From Acidimicrobiales bacterium (GTDB lineage Bacteria; Actinomycetota; Acidimicrobiia; Acidimicrobiales; Aldehydirespiratoraceae), in contig OY730440.1 of assembly GCA_963422655.1 (NCBI GenBank), forward strand, positions 472,550 to 536,549: DNA of 64,000 nucleotides. Reading direction: 5' to 3'. Made by a program: the position numbers and the translations under genes. The notes under the pieces are model-generated. The model saw nothing but the letters and a program-made list of their open reading frames with translations, did not search any database and was not told the DNA's origin. Positions within the stretch are counted from its first letter, which is position 1. The number at the start of each line of letters is the position of its first letter. Below are positions 18,819-30,779 of this stretch, one piece after another.

Positions 18819-20864
18819 ATGGCTGACAGCCACGGCTCACCCTCGCCGCCCCCACCTCCACCGCCACCGGCCCCGCCCGGAGATGGTAATGGCAGCAACC
18901 CTGGCGGTCAACCGACGGGCCCGGTAAGGCGGCAAGGCCGGCCCCGTTTGATCGTCTGGATCGCGCTGGGGGCCATTCTCTCCATCTTCTTCGCGACCAG
19001 GATGCTGCCCGGCGACGACCCCGAGGAGATCTCCTACCCGGATTTCCTGGACCGGGTCCGGGCCGGTGAGATCATCGAGGGCGAATACAACAACAAGAAC
19101 GGTGCCATCAAGGCCACCGACACCAACGACGAGAAGTACTCCTCCAATGGGCCCCTACCCCTCCCCGACGACGACATCGCGCTCATCAATCAGAGCGTCA
19201 ACGACGACTCGGGCGACCCGACATTCCGTTACGACACCCCCGAGACCAACTTGTTGCTGTCGCTGCTCCCATTGCTGTTGCCGGTCGGTCTGCTCATTTT
19301 GTTCTTCTGGTGGATGCAGCGCCGGACTTCGGGACAGATAGGCGGCCTCATGTCGATCGGGAAGAGCCGAGCCAAGACCTACTCCACTGAGCGGCCCAAC
19401 ACAACCTTCGACGACGTAGCCGGCTACGACGGGGTCAAGCAGGAGATCACCGAGATAGTCGATTTCCTCAAACAGCCCGGCCGGTTTGCCGAGATCGGCG
19501 CCCGTGTTCCCAAGGGAGTGCTCTTGGTCGGTCCGCCCGGCACCGGCAAGACGCTCATCGCCAAAGCCGTAGCCGGAGAAGCCGGGGTCCCGTTCCTGTC
19601 GGTAACCGGGTCCGACTTCATGGAGATGTTCGTGGGGGTGGGCGCCAGCCGGGTTCGGGACCTGTTCGAATCGGCCCGCAAGATGGGAAAGGCCATCATC
19701 TTCATCGACGAGATCGACTCGATCGGCCGCAAACGGGGGGCCGGCCTCGGTGGTGGCCACGACGAACGAGAGCAGACGCTCAACCAGATGCTGTCGGAGA
19801 TGGACGGCTTCGAGGGATCCGAGGGCATCGTGATGATGGCCGCCACCAACCGGCCCGACATCTTGGACCCGGCCCTGCTCCGACCCGGCCGCTTCGATCG
19901 TCAGGTGGTGGTTCCGCTGCCCGAGCTGTCGGATCGGCAAGCCATCCTCGAGGTCCACGTCAAGGGCAAGCGGATGAACGACGACACCGACCTGAGCGTA
20001 TTGGCTCGCGGTACGCCGGGCATGAGCGGGGCCGATCTCGCCAATCTGGTCAACGAGGCGGCCCTGTTCGCGGTTCGGGACGGCAAGGACGCCATCGGAC
20101 CTCGCCACATCGATCAGGCCCGCGACCGGATGATCATGGGCCAGAAGCGGGAGTCGATGGTGCTGTCGAGCGGCGAGAAGGAGGTGATCGCCTATCACGA
20201 AGCCGGACATGCCGTGTGTGCCGCGGTGCTGCCTACCGCCGACCCGCTGCACAAGGTGACGATCATCCCCAGCGGCATGGCCTTGGGCGTCACCATGCAG
20301 CTTCCCGAGGAGGACCGGCACATCTACCGCGAGGACTACATCCGGGACCGGCTGATTGTCATGTTCGGGGGCCGGATCGCCGAGGAGTTGGTGTTCAGAG
20401 TTGTGAGCACTGGCGCCGCCAACGACCTGATCCAGGCCACCGGTCTGGCCCGTTCGATGGTGAGGGAATGGGGTATGTCCAAAAAGATCGGCCCCATGGC
20501 ATGGGGAACGCAAAGCAAGGTGTTCTTGGGCGAAGACCTGATGCACACTCGTGACTACAGCGATGACACCGCCCGGGTGATCGACGAGGAAGTGGAGCTG
20601 ATCCTGCGGTATCAGCAGAACCAGTGCCGGAAAGTGCTGACCGAATACCGCCACGGGCTCGACTTGGTGGCCCGGGCCCTGCTCGAGCACGAGACGATCA
20701 GCGGCAGCGAGGTCGAGCGTCTCATCAAGGTGTCGCGTCCGGTTCCGGGTGGGTCCGACGGCGACTCCAGGGGCATAACCGTGGACAAGGTCTTGATTGA
20801 CACGAGCGATGACAACGAGGGACAGGATCAGCCTGCTGTTGCCGAATGGACCGGCTCGTTCTGA
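18819..20864 (+). CDS. ftsH: ATP-dependent zinc metalloprotease FtsH
   Basis: Walker [44 protein letters not shown], and zinc site HEAGHA. ATG 18819 precedes an N-terminal tail containing eight consecutive Pro residues. Confidence 0.95.
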   Translation: MADSHGSPSPPPPPPPPAPPGDGNGSNPGGQPTGPVRRQGRPRLIVWIALGAILSIFFATRMLPGDDPEEISYPDFLDRVRAGEIIEGEYNNKNGAIKATDTNDEKYSSNGPLPLPDDDIALINQSVNDDSGDPTFRYDTPETNLLLSLLPLLLPVGLLILFFWWMQRRTSGQIGGLMSIGKSRAKTYSTERPNTTFDDVAGYDGVKQEITEIVDFLKQPGRFAEIGARVPKGVLLVGPPGTGKTLIAKAVAGEAGVPFLSVTGSDFMEMFVGVGASRVRDLFESARKMGKAIIFIDEIDSIGRKRGAGLGGGHDEREQTLNQMLSEMDGFEGSEGIVMMAATNRPDILDPALLRPGRFDRQVVVPLPELSDRQAILEVHVKGKRMNDDTDLSVLARGTPGMSGADLANLVNEAALFAVRDGKDAIGPRHIDQARDRMIMGQKRESMVLSSGEKEVIAYHEAGHAVCAAVLPTADPLHKVTIIPSGMALGVTMQLPEEDRHIYREDYIRDRLIVMFGGRIAEELVFRVVSTGAANDLIQATGLARSMVREWGMSKKIGPMAWGTQSKVFLGEDLMHTRDYSDDTARVIDEEVELILRYQQNQCRKVLTEYRHGLDLVARALLEHETISGSEVERLIKVSRPVPGGSDGDSRGITVDKVLIDTSDDNEGQDQPAVAEWTGSF

Positions 20865-21274
20865 TCGTCGGGGCCGGGGCAGTGGCCGGCCTGATGGCTC
20901 TGATCGCCAGCCGTCTCCGTTCTCGCCTGCGAGGCGAAATCTCACCGGCACCGGCCCATCGTGTCCCCGAGCGGCTCGACCGAGATGACTTCACTCGACC
21001 CGGCGCCCGATGGCTGGTGGCCGTGTTCACCTCCGAAGCCTGCTCGGGTTGCGTCCGGGTCTGGGAGTCGGCCCACCGGTTGGAAGGCCTCGACGTGGCC
21101 GTGCAGCGGATCGAAGCTGAGGGCGAGGCCGCCTTGCACGCCCGCTACCGCATCGATGCCGTCCCGCTGGTGGTGATCGCCGACTCCACAGGAGTCATCC
21201 GGCACAGTCGGGCCGGGCCGACCAACCATGTCCAGCTCCGGGCCGCTCTGAGAGCGGCTCTGGCCGACCGGTGA
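20846..21274 (+). CDS. Membrane-anchored thioredoxin-fold protein (CxxC)
   Basis: N-terminal [20 protein letters not shown], then WLVAVFTSEACSGCVRVW and a cis-Pro-type AVPLVVIAD. 142 aa, overlapping the ftsH 3' end by 19 nt. Confidence 0.6.
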   Translation: MDRLVLIVGAGAVAGLMALIASRLRSRLRGEISPAPAHRVPERLDRDDFTRPGARWLVAVFTSEACSGCVRVWESAHRLEGLDVAVQRIEAEGEAALHARYRIDAVPLVVIADSTGVIRHSRAGPTNHVQLRAALRAALADR

Positions 21275-21295
21275 CCAGCCCGCCCACTCGTAACG

Positions 21296-22759
21296 CTACG
21301 AAATGTCGACCAGCGCCACCGCTTCGCCCACGGCGACACCTATGGCCGCGATCCGGTAACCATCGCCCACCAGTTCACGGCCCACCACCACCGACGACGA
21401 CGCCTTCACTTCCAGCATATACCGGTCGGTAGCCGGCCCGTTCACCGGTAACTCGACGACCGGAATCAGGGCTCGGCGGCCCGGGCCCAACTCGAGCGAG
21501 CCGGCGCCGACGCCGCCCGCATAAAGGTCGACGAGAGCGATCCTCTCTGTCGAAGGGTTGACGATGACGACATTGGAGCGGTCCGGCCCCGATTCGGACC
21601 CCGACCGCTCCACCGGTACCAACCAATGACGAGCAGCGGCATCAGCACCGGACGTGGCCGCAGCGCCGACAGCGGTGCCGTCGGGTCCAAAGACGACACT
21701 GTCGAGCGATACGGCCACCGGTACCCCGCCCAGCGACCGAACGACCACGGTGAGCGGACCGATCCCGGCCAGCCGTTCCTCCTCGGACAGATCCACCACC
21801 ACCGTCCGGCCCGGCCGTATGGTCAACTCGATCGGATCGAAGGCCATGGTCGGGTTGTCGACCAGGATCTCGAGATCGACTTCGGCCACGAAGCGGTCCG
21901 ACGAGTTGGTGACGGCTACTCGATCACGGCGACCGTCGGTGATGGCCGCCATGGGCAGGTACCACACAGAGGCCCCCCCTGGAGTGGCCGGTGCAAGACG
22001 AACGGTGCCACCGGAGGCAGAGTTCCCGGTCATCTGGATACGTGACACCGCGATGCTGCCAGCCACCACATCGACCGTAACGGTGACCGAGGCAGCCACG
22101 GTCACCTCCTCGGTCACGTCGATGGCCACCACCTCCCCGGCCGGTATCACCACCCCGTTCAGAGAGTCGCGGCCCACGTCGGCCACGAAGTCGATGTCGG
22201 CCACGGCATCGTCGGGAAACGGGTTGAGCAACATGACGATGAACCGCTCGCCTTGGGCCTCGAGCCTGGTCGCCCCGTAGGGAACGATCCAGCGAACGGC
22301 CGTACCGGTGAGGCACTGGGAGCGGCCCGCACCACCGGTGACGCCGGTCACCGTCTGCTCGACGATCACATCCGGCCCGCTCACCTCGATCACCGCCCCC
22401 ACCCATCGAGAGCCCGGAACCTTGTCAGCCGGCTCCAGCACCACCCGACTCCCCGGTTCTATGTCGAGCTCGAGCGAATCACCGGTCACCTCCGTCCGCC
22501 CGCTCGGGGCCACCGATACCGTCGCCCTCCGGGACTGCGAAGAGTGGCTCACGATCTCCACGACCAATTCAGCCCCACCGCCCGGCCCGCTCCCGCCCGG
22601 GCAGAACCATGTCGTCACGGGGTCTCTGGCTGTGGCCAGAGACCCCGTACGTTCGGCCCGGGTGGTCTCGGTCGTGGAACGGTCATTGCGGTCCAGTACG
22701 AACCCCAAGGCCAAAAGGCCGCCCACGGCCGCCAGCGCCAAAACCCTGATCGTTTTCAT
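21296..22759 (-). CDS. Secreted/anchored beta-rich protein, DUF5719-like (family assignment from memory)
   Basis: Signal/anchor MKTIRVLALAAVGGLLALGFVL with a Val/Gly/Thr/Ala-rich body. It lies directly downstream of the 1050-aa GT2-membrane fusion on the same strand, a pairing I recall from Actinobacteria. Confidence 0.55.
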   Translation of the reverse strand: MKTIRVLALAAVGGLLALGFVLDRNDRSTTETTRAERTGSLATARDPVTTWFCPGGSGPGGGAELVVEIVSHSSQSRRATVSVAPSGRTEVTGDSLELDIEPGSRVVLEPADKVPGSRWVGAVIEVSGPDVIVEQTVTGVTGGAGRSQCLTGTAVRWIVPYGATRLEAQGERFIVMLLNPFPDDAVADIDFVADVGRDSLNGVVIPAGEVVAIDVTEEVTVAASVTVTVDVVAGSIAVSRIQMTGNSASGGTVRLAPATPGGASVWYLPMAAITDGRRDRVAVTNSSDRFVAEVDLEILVDNPTMAFDPIELTIRPGRTVVVDLSEEERLAGIGPLTVVVRSLGGVPVAVSLDSVVFGPDGTAVGAAATSGADAAARHWLVPVERSGSESGPDRSNVVIVNPSTERIALVDLYAGGVGAGSLELGPGRRALIPVVELPVNGPATDRYMLEVKASSSVVVGRELVGDGYRIAAIGVAVGEAVALVDIS

Positions 22760-22801
22760 GGGGAACCGGGCGCAGCCGGCACGGCCCCGCCGATCATCGG
22801 A

Positions 22802-25800
22802 TCATCCGGATCGGCCCATCCGCCGACGCAGCCAGATCCCGACCAGTATCAGTGGGGCCGTGACCTGCACGATCTGAGCCAGATTCCTCTCCCTGGGAGC
22901 TGCGTAGGAGAACACGGCTTCACCCCCCGAAGCCGGCACGTACACCTCGGCCCAGCCCATGGCGTCACGCCGGGGCACGCTCTGCCCTTCCACTTCGAAT
23001 CGCCATCGGTCCGCCGGGGTCTGCGCCACCAGTATCTCGGTGCCGTCGGGGACCGTTCCGCTCAACCGATGGGCCCGGCCCTCCAAGACGGGCACACCCG
23101 CACCCAGCGGCGACACTTCCAGATCGGACAGGGCCTCGATCCCGGCGTCGAACCCGGGCGCGAACCCAGCCCGAACCGGCACCCAGGCCGTGTTGACGAA
23201 GACGCTCGCGGCGCGGTTGGCGCCTTCTATCGCCTGCAAGTCGAGTTGGTTGCCGAAACCCTCGCCAAAGGCTGACGGCACTGCGACCGCCTCGTCGTCC
23301 GAGCTGAACGGAGCCGGCGCCAAGCGGTCCAGAAGTATCACGTAGCGGACCCCGAACCCGGCCAGGAGTCGTCCGGCTCGGGCGGTGCGGCCCGACACGA
23401 CTGCCTCGATGACACCCTCCAGCAGATCGGCCCGGCCCGGGTCGGCGGGCAGGCTGCGATCGAGAATCGTCACGGAACTGCCGGTGGTAGCCCAGGCCAA
23501 ACCGTCGGCCAGGCTCCGGCCTTCCACCGGCAAGAACTCCGGGGCCCCCATCCACAGCACCCGGTAGCTCCCGACCTCGGCTGGGGAGGCCAGCCCTATC
23601 CCTTCCCCGTGGTGGCTGCGAACCAGGCCCCACCGGCCGTCGATCAACAGTCCCAGGCCGGGCAGGGCCGCCAGCACCGAAGCCACGATCATCACCGGCA
23701 GCAGCGCCTGACGCCAGCCGAAGCGAGCGAATCGGAGGTCGTGTTCCACGGCCAGCACGGCCACGCCGCAGAGCCCAGCCACCGCCGCCGCCGCCGGGGC
23801 CAGCAATAACCCGACGTCGGGCAGCCCGAACCCGATCAGGCCCCGCTGGGAGGCCAGAGCCAGCCCCCAGGAGGCCAGGGCCACCATCCATAGACGGATA
23901 GCCAGCTCCAGCCGCCATCCTCTCCCGATCAGCAAGGGGGCCACAGCCGGCACGGCCAACAGTCCCACGAGCGGACTGGGCCGGTCGGGGCCCACCGCAA
24001 AGCGCAAGAGATCGACGAAAGAGACGAATCCGGCCGATCCGTTGCGACCGTCGGCCACCTGGCCGGCCAGGACGGCCCAGCTCGGACCGGCCCGGAACAG
24101 GTCGAGAACCACAGGGGCAGCGATCAGTGCTGCCACCGGGACAGCCAGCACCAACGCGGCCAGGAGCCGTCCCGCATCGCCGAGCCGCCCGGCCAGCAAC
24201 CCACCCACGGCCAACCCCACCGCCATCGGCACCACCAATCCCACTCCGACGGGCAGGAACAGTGCCAGCACGCCCATGATTCCGCCCACCGCTACCGCCG
24301 ACCGACCGGCGTGGCCCAGGAATCGGCCCGAAGCCCGGTACGGAGACGAAGCTCCGGCCCGCAGCAGAGCCGTCAGCATCCATGGCCCGGCGCCGTAGGC
24401 GATCAACCCCGCTATCGAACCGCCGGCCAACGAGGCGGTGGCGAGCGGCACCACCAGGTAAGCGACCAGAACACCGGTGCGAGCCCGCCGGGAGCCGGTG
24501 ACACCGAGCAGCCGGTAGGCTCCGATCAACCCGATCACGATGGGAGCCAGCACCCATCCGGTGCGTACCAAGCCGGTGCCGCCCCCCAAGACCCATCCCA
24601 GCGCACCCAGATAGGCCAGGCCACCGAGATTGGAAGTCGGAGAGCCCGTACCTCGCTCGCTCCATCCTCCCCACCACGAGGTGACGAGATCCGAGGCGGA
24701 AGCCGGGAACGAGACGAAATCGCCCACCGGCGGCACGCCCGATGTGACCAGCGTGCGCGAACCGTAGACGAGATAGCCGGCCACCAGTACCCACACGACC
24801 CAGGTCGCCCGGCTGGAACCCGTCCGGAACGTGTCGAGGATGCCACGACGAGCCCCACCGAACAAACGGCTGCGGTCATCACGGCCCAACTGGGCCCGCA
24901 CGAAGTTGGAAACTCGGATGCTTCCGTAGCGCTGCAGAGCCGTCACGTCGGCCGGGCGTACCACCCGGACTTTCAGGTTGGTTCGGCGGCGCTGGAGCAC
25001 ACCGGACAACCGAGTCAGGTTCCACACCCAAGCCGAGGTCACGTCCCGGATTCGGCCCACCCGACCGGTGAGGGCGGCCACGAAGACCTCAGCCACCGCC
25101 ATCACCGCCGAGAGGGGAACGGTCACGGCCAAAGAGATGATGCCGTGGTTCACCAGCATGGCCCTCAGCGCGTGCCGGACCCGGGTGCGGCGAACGTCGT
25201 CAATCCGGCCCCGGCCCAACAGATCCTGGCGATGGCGTACCACTGCGTCGGGTACCACCACCACCCGGGCACCAACGAGCTGCGCCCGCCAGCACAGATC
25301 CACGTCCTCGCCCCTGAACGTCATAGCCTCGTCGAACCCTCCCAGCACCCCGAACAGATCCCTGCGGATCAGCATGCAGGCCGACGAGAGGGCGAAGACG
25401 TCCGATACCGCGTCGTGCTGCTCCTGATCGAGTTCGCCTTCGCCGACGATACCGTCGGCGAAGGCGAAGCGATCGACCTCGTAGCCGACGTGCTGAAGCA
25501 CTTCACGACGGTCCCAATCGACGAGTTTGGGCCCGACGATGCCAGCATTGCTCAACAGTGTCTCGGTGACCATGGTTTGAACCGCGTCGGGCGCCAGCGC
25601 CACGTCGTCGTGGCATATCAAGAGGAAAGCCGAGTTGGTCTCGATGCCGAGCGCAGCGTTGGCCGCGGCCGAGAACCCGCCGGTACCTCGGACCTCGATC
25701 ACGGCCGCGTCGGGCAGGATCGAGCCGACCAAGCCGATGAGCCCGGCACCGGCCGCGTCGACGACAGCAACGCTCAGGCGCGGGTAGTCCTGGTGGGCCA

Positions 25801-25954
25801 GCGACTCGAGGGTTTCGACGAACCACGGACCCGGATCGTGGGCCACGACCACGGCCAGCACCGAAGGCACGGCGTCGCGAACCGCATCCCGGGGGCCGGC
25901 GTCGGCAGGATCCGTATCCCCTCGGGGGGCGTAGACCAGGTCATCGGAGACCAC
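22802..25954 (-). CDS. GT2 glycosyltransferase fused to a large polytopic membrane domain and C-terminal extracytoplasmic domain
   Basis: N-terminal GT2 motifs are VLAVVVAHDPGPWFVETLESLAHQDYP and LLICHDDV (DxD-like). They are followed by more than 12 hydrophobic segments and a C-terminal soluble region of about 280 aa. 1050 aa. Confidence 0.8.
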   Translation of the reverse strand: MVSDDLVYAPRGDTDPADAGPRDAVRDAVPSVLAVVVAHDPGPWFVETLESLAHQDYPRLSVAVVDAAGAGLIGLVGSILPDAAVIEVRGTGGFSAAANAALGIETNSAFLLICHDDVALAPDAVQTMVTETLLSNAGIVGPKLVDWDRREVLQHVGYEVDRFAFADGIVGEGELDQEQHDAVSDVFALSSACMLIRRDLFGVLGGFDEAMTFRGEDVDLCWRAQLVGARVVVVPDAVVRHRQDLLGRGRIDDVRRTRVRHALRAMLVNHGIISLAVTVPLSAVMAVAEVFVAALTGRVGRIRDVTSAWVWNLTRLSGVLQRRRTNLKVRVVRPADVTALQRYGSIRVSNFVRAQLGRDDRSRLFGGARRGILDTFRTGSSRATWVVWVLVAGYLVYGSRTLVTSGVPPVGDFVSFPASASDLVTSWWGGWSERGTGSPTSNLGGLAYLGALGWVLGGGTGLVRTGWVLAPIVIGLIGAYRLLGVTGSRRARTGVLVAYLVVPLATASLAGGSIAGLIAYGAGPWMLTALLRAGASSPYRASGRFLGHAGRSAVAVGGIMGVLALFLPVGVGLVVPMAVGLAVGGLLAGRLGDAGRLLAALVLAVPVAALIAAPVVLDLFRAGPSWAVLAGQVADGRNGSAGFVSFVDLLRFAVGPDRPSPLVGLLAVPAVAPLLIGRGWRLELAIRLWMVALASWGLALASQRGLIGFGLPDVGLLLAPAAAAVAGLCGVAVLAVEHDLRFARFGWRQALLPVMIVASVLAALPGLGLLIDGRWGLVRSHHGEGIGLASPAEVGSYRVLWMGAPEFLPVEGRSLADGLAWATTGSSVTILDRSLPADPGRADLLEGVIEAVVSGRTARAGRLLAGFGVRYVILLDRLAPAPFSSDDEAVAVPSAFGEGFGNQLDLQAIEGANRAASVFVNTAWVPVRAGFAPGFDAGIEALSDLEVSPLGAGVPVLEGRAHRLSGTVPDGTEILVAQTPADRWRFEVEGQSVPRRDAMGWAEVYVPASGGEAVFSYAAPRERNLAQIVQVTAPLILVGIWLRRRMGRSG

Positions 25955-26029
25955 GATGGTCGGAGGCTAGTTCCGGTGAGTAGGGTTCGAACCAATGCCT
26001 TGGTTCCGGGACGGCAGGCAGGCCGATTC

Positions 26030-27960
<1,931 letters not shown>

Positions 27961-27997
27961 TGAAAGCCACCAGCATCGACCGGCCGGTGATCAGCAG

Positions 27998-28957
27998 GTG
28001 ATCACGGTCTTGGCCGGCGGGGTGGGGGCGGCCCGCTACCTGACCGGTCAGCTCCGGACCACCCCACCCGAGCAGGTCACGGCGGTGGTCAACGTGGCCG
28101 ACGACATCGAGTTGCACGGCCTTCACGTGAGCCCCGACCTCGACACCGTCGTCTACACGCTGGCCGGGATCGTCAACCCTGCCACGGGATGGGGCATAGC
28201 CGACGAGACGTGGAACGCCCTGGGCGAGCTGCGGGCCTACGGGCTCGACGCCTGGTTCGCGCTGGGTGACCGTGACCTGGGTACCCACCTTTTTCGCACC
28301 ACTCTGCTGGGTCGGGGCCACCCCTTGAGCGAGGTCACGGCCCGGATCACAGCCGCCCGAGGCATCGGTTGCCGGGTGCTGCCGGTCAGCGACGACCGGA
28401 TCGAGACCCGGGTCACGCTGGCATCGGGCGACCGGTGCGGGACCGAGGTCGGATTCCAGGAGTACTTCGTCGAGCTGGGCCACGACGTCGCGGTCTCGTC
28501 GGTTCGATTCGCCGGGATCGCCGCGGCCCGGCCCGCACCCGGGGTTCTCGAAGCCATAGACCGGGCCGAGGTGCTGGTCATCGCCCCGTCCAACCCGGTG
28601 GTGTCGATCGAACCGGTGCTGGCCGTGCCCGGTGTCAGGGAAGCAGTAGCGGCCCGCCGGGACACCAATGTGGCGGTTTCACCCATAGTGGCCGGCGCCG
28701 CCTTGAAGGGTCCGGCTGCCCGAATGCTCGAGGAGCTCGGTCACGGGGCCGACGTGGTCGCTATCGCCCGCCGTTACCGCGATGTGATATCGGCCCTGGT
28801 CATCGATGAGGCCGACGAGGCCAGCGCCGATGAGATCCGGTCGATCGGGGTGCAGCCGGTGGTGGCTCCGGCCATCATGTCCTCACCGCAGGCTGCGGCC
28901 GCCCTGGCCCGCCGGACCGTAGCCGCCATAACCGAACGGCCCGGCCCGGGATCATGA
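27998..28957 (+). CDS. cofD: 2-phospho-L-lactate (or EPPG) transferase CofD/FbiA, F420 biosynthesis
   Basis: ITVLAGGVGAARYL..., NVADD, SPDLDTVVYTLAG, IAPSNPVVSI. 319 aa with GTG start. Confidence 0.9.
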   Translation: MITVLAGGVGAARYLTGQLRTTPPEQVTAVVNVADDIELHGLHVSPDLDTVVYTLAGIVNPATGWGIADETWNALGELRAYGLDAWFALGDRDLGTHLFRTTLLGRGHPLSEVTARITAARGIGCRVLPVSDDRIETRVTLASGDRCGTEVGFQEYFVELGHDVAVSSVRFAGIAAARPAPGVLEAIDRAEVLVIAPSNPVVSIEPVLAVPGVREAVAARRDTNVAVSPIVAGAALKGPAARMLEELGHGADVVAIARRYRDVISALVIDEADEASADEIRSIGVQPVVAPAIMSSPQAAAALARRTVAAITERPGPGS

Positions 28958-28967
28958 CCCTGCCGCC

Positions 28968-29666
28968 ATGAACCTGGAAGTGATGGCGATAACGGGGATA
29001 GGCGAAATCGCGGTCGGCGACGACTTGGCCGCGATGATCGTGGCGGTCGGCCCGGCACTGCGCGACCGGGACTGCGTGGTGGTGACCCAAAAGGTGGTGT
29101 CCAAAGCCGAGGACCGGGTGGTGGCCGTCGACGCCGACGATCCTCGGAGTCACAAGAGGCTGGTCGAGGACGAGTCGGTACGGATCCTGCGTCGGCGCGG
29201 CGATCTCGTCATCGCCGAGACCGTCCACGGCTTCGTCTGTGCCAACGCCGGCGTGGATCTCAGCAACGTAAAGAGCGGCCATGCCGCCCTCCTTCCCGTC
29301 GACAGCGATCGGTCGGCTCGCCGGATCCTCGACGGCATCCGGGCTCGCGCTGGCGTGGAGGTGGCGGTCGTGATCTCCGACACCTTCGGACGGCCCTGGC
29401 GACGGGGGGTCACCGACATTGCCATCGGCTGTGCCGGCATCGGAGCCGTGATCGACCTTCGGGGCACTCCCGACGGCGGGGGCCGAGAGTTGGCGGTCAC
29501 CGAGGTGGCCGTTGCCGACGAGATAGCGGCCGCGGCCGAGTTGGTCATGGGCAAGGCCCGCCGGGTGGCGGCCGCTGTGGTCCGGGGCCTGGAACCGGCC
29601 TGGTTCCGGCCCGGGTCGGTTGCGGGCGAGATCGTCCGCAAACCGGCCGATGACCTGTTCCGTTGA
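28968..29666 (+). CDS. cofE: Coenzyme F420-0:L-glutamate ligase CofE (ligase domain only)
   Basis: VVVTQKVVSKAEDRVV, CANAGVDLSN, ISDTFGRPWRRG. 232 aa, so there is no room for the C-terminal nitroreductase-like domain of mycobacterial FbiB. Confidence 0.88.
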   Translation: MNLEVMAITGIGEIAVGDDLAAMIVAVGPALRDRDCVVVTQKVVSKAEDRVVAVDADDPRSHKRLVEDESVRILRRRGDLVIAETVHGFVCANAGVDLSNVKSGHAALLPVDSDRSARRILDGIRARAGVEVAVVISDTFGRPWRRGVTDIAIGCAGIGAVIDLRGTPDGGGRELAVTEVAVADEIAAAAELVMGKARRVAAAVVRGLEPAWFRPGSVAGEIVRKPADDLFR

Positions 29667-29726
29667 AGGCAGAGACCGTCTCGGCCCGAGCCCGAGCCGA
29701 ACAGGCCCGGGCCGTCGAAGTCGGCC

Positions 29727-30779
29727 TCAGGAGCCGTAACCGTCGGGGTGGCGGCTCTGCCAGTTCCAGTGATCGCGCATCATGGCGTCGAGGTCGTAGC
29801 CCGCAGTCCAACCCAACTCGGTTCGGGCCAGCTCGCAGTCGGCCCAGATACGGGAAGCGTCGCCGGGCCGCCGTTCGGCCATCACGTAACAGATGTCGGC
29901 TCCTACCGTCCGGCCGGCGGCGGCGATCACCTCCAGCACGGTGTGTCCCACTCCGGTTCCCAGGTTGTAGGCAACCGCCCCGGCGGAGGGGCCTGCTCGC
30001 GTCCGACCCGGATCCGAACGTGCGGAGCGTTCCAGGGCGTCGAGCGCGGCCACATGCCCCTCGGCCAGGTCCATGATGTGGACATAATCTCGCACAGCCG
30101 TTCCGTCTCGGGTGTCGTAGTCGGCACCGAAGACCTCCACCCGGTCACCGATGCCGGCCGCGATCTGCATCACGCGAGGCACGAGGTTGGCGGGAGTCCC
30201 CCGCGGGTCCTCGCCGATCACTCCCGAGGGATGAGCCCCTACCGGGTTGAAATAGCGGAGCAGTATCACCCGCAGGTTCGACGCCGCCGCCGTGTCCCGC
30301 AGGATCTGTTCGCTCATGAGCTTGGAGGCACCGTAAGGGTTCAGGGCCAAGCCGGTGCCGGCTGCTTCGGTAACCGGCACCTCCGCCGGATCCCCGTACA
30401 CCGCGGCCGACGAGCTGAACACGAACCGATCGATCCCCCGCTCGGTCATCACCTCGGCCACGCAAATGGTCGAAAGCAGGTTGTTGCGGTAGTAGTTCAA
30501 CGGCTGGGCCAACGACTCGGCCACGCTCTTGAACGCGGCCAGATGGACCACCGAGTCGATGCGGTGATCGTCGAATATCTTTTCGACGGTGGCCCGATCA
30601 CCGGCATCGCCTTCTACGACGGGCAGGGAACCGGTGGTGAGAGTGCGGATAGCGTCCACGGCGCCACCCGAGGCGTTGGAAAAATCGTCGACGATGACCA
30701 CATCACGGCCTGAAGCGTGCAAGGCGACGGCGGTGTGACTGCCCACGTAGCCGGCACCACCGGTCACCAGGGTTGCCAT
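29727..30779 (-). CDS. galE: UDP-glucose 4-epimerase
   Basis: MATLVTGGAGYVGSHT, SSSAAVYG, PYGASKLMSE (YxxxK), LRYFNPVGAHPSG. ATG 30779 shares 1 nt with the manC stop (TGATG). The upstream 135 aa of the ORF is Arg-rich read-through. Confidence 0.88.
   Translation of the reverse strand: MATLVTGGAGYVGSHTAVALHASGRDVVIVDDFSNASGGAVDAIRTLTTGSLPVVEGDAGDRATVEKIFDDHRIDSVVHLAAFKSVAESLAQPLNYYRNNLLSTICVAEVMTERGIDRFVFSSSAAVYGDPAEVPVTEAAGTGLALNPYGASKLMSEQILRDTAAASNLRVILLRYFNPVGAHPSGVIGEDPRGTPANLVPRVMQIAAGIGDRVEVFGADYDTRDGTAVRDYVHIMDLAEGHVAALDALERSARSDPGRTRAGPSAGAVAYNLGTGVGHTVLEVIAAAGRTVGADICYVMAERRPGDASRIWADCELARTELGWTAGYDLDAMMRDHWNWQSRHPDGYGS

Noticed and set aside
24311-26029. The 5' part of the 883-aa + ORF that ends as the Rmd-like gene
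   Set aside because: It is antisense to the 1050-aa GT2 gene. The SDR fold starts at VRALITGAAGFVG (GTG 26030) in the divergent intergenic region.
29682-29713. A hairpin, cggcccg(29682-29688)/cgggccg(29707-29713), between the convergent cofE and galE genes, considered as a bidirectional terminator
   Set aside because: It has only a 7-bp stem with an 18-nt loop and no flanking U/A tracts. This is too weak to call from sequence alone.
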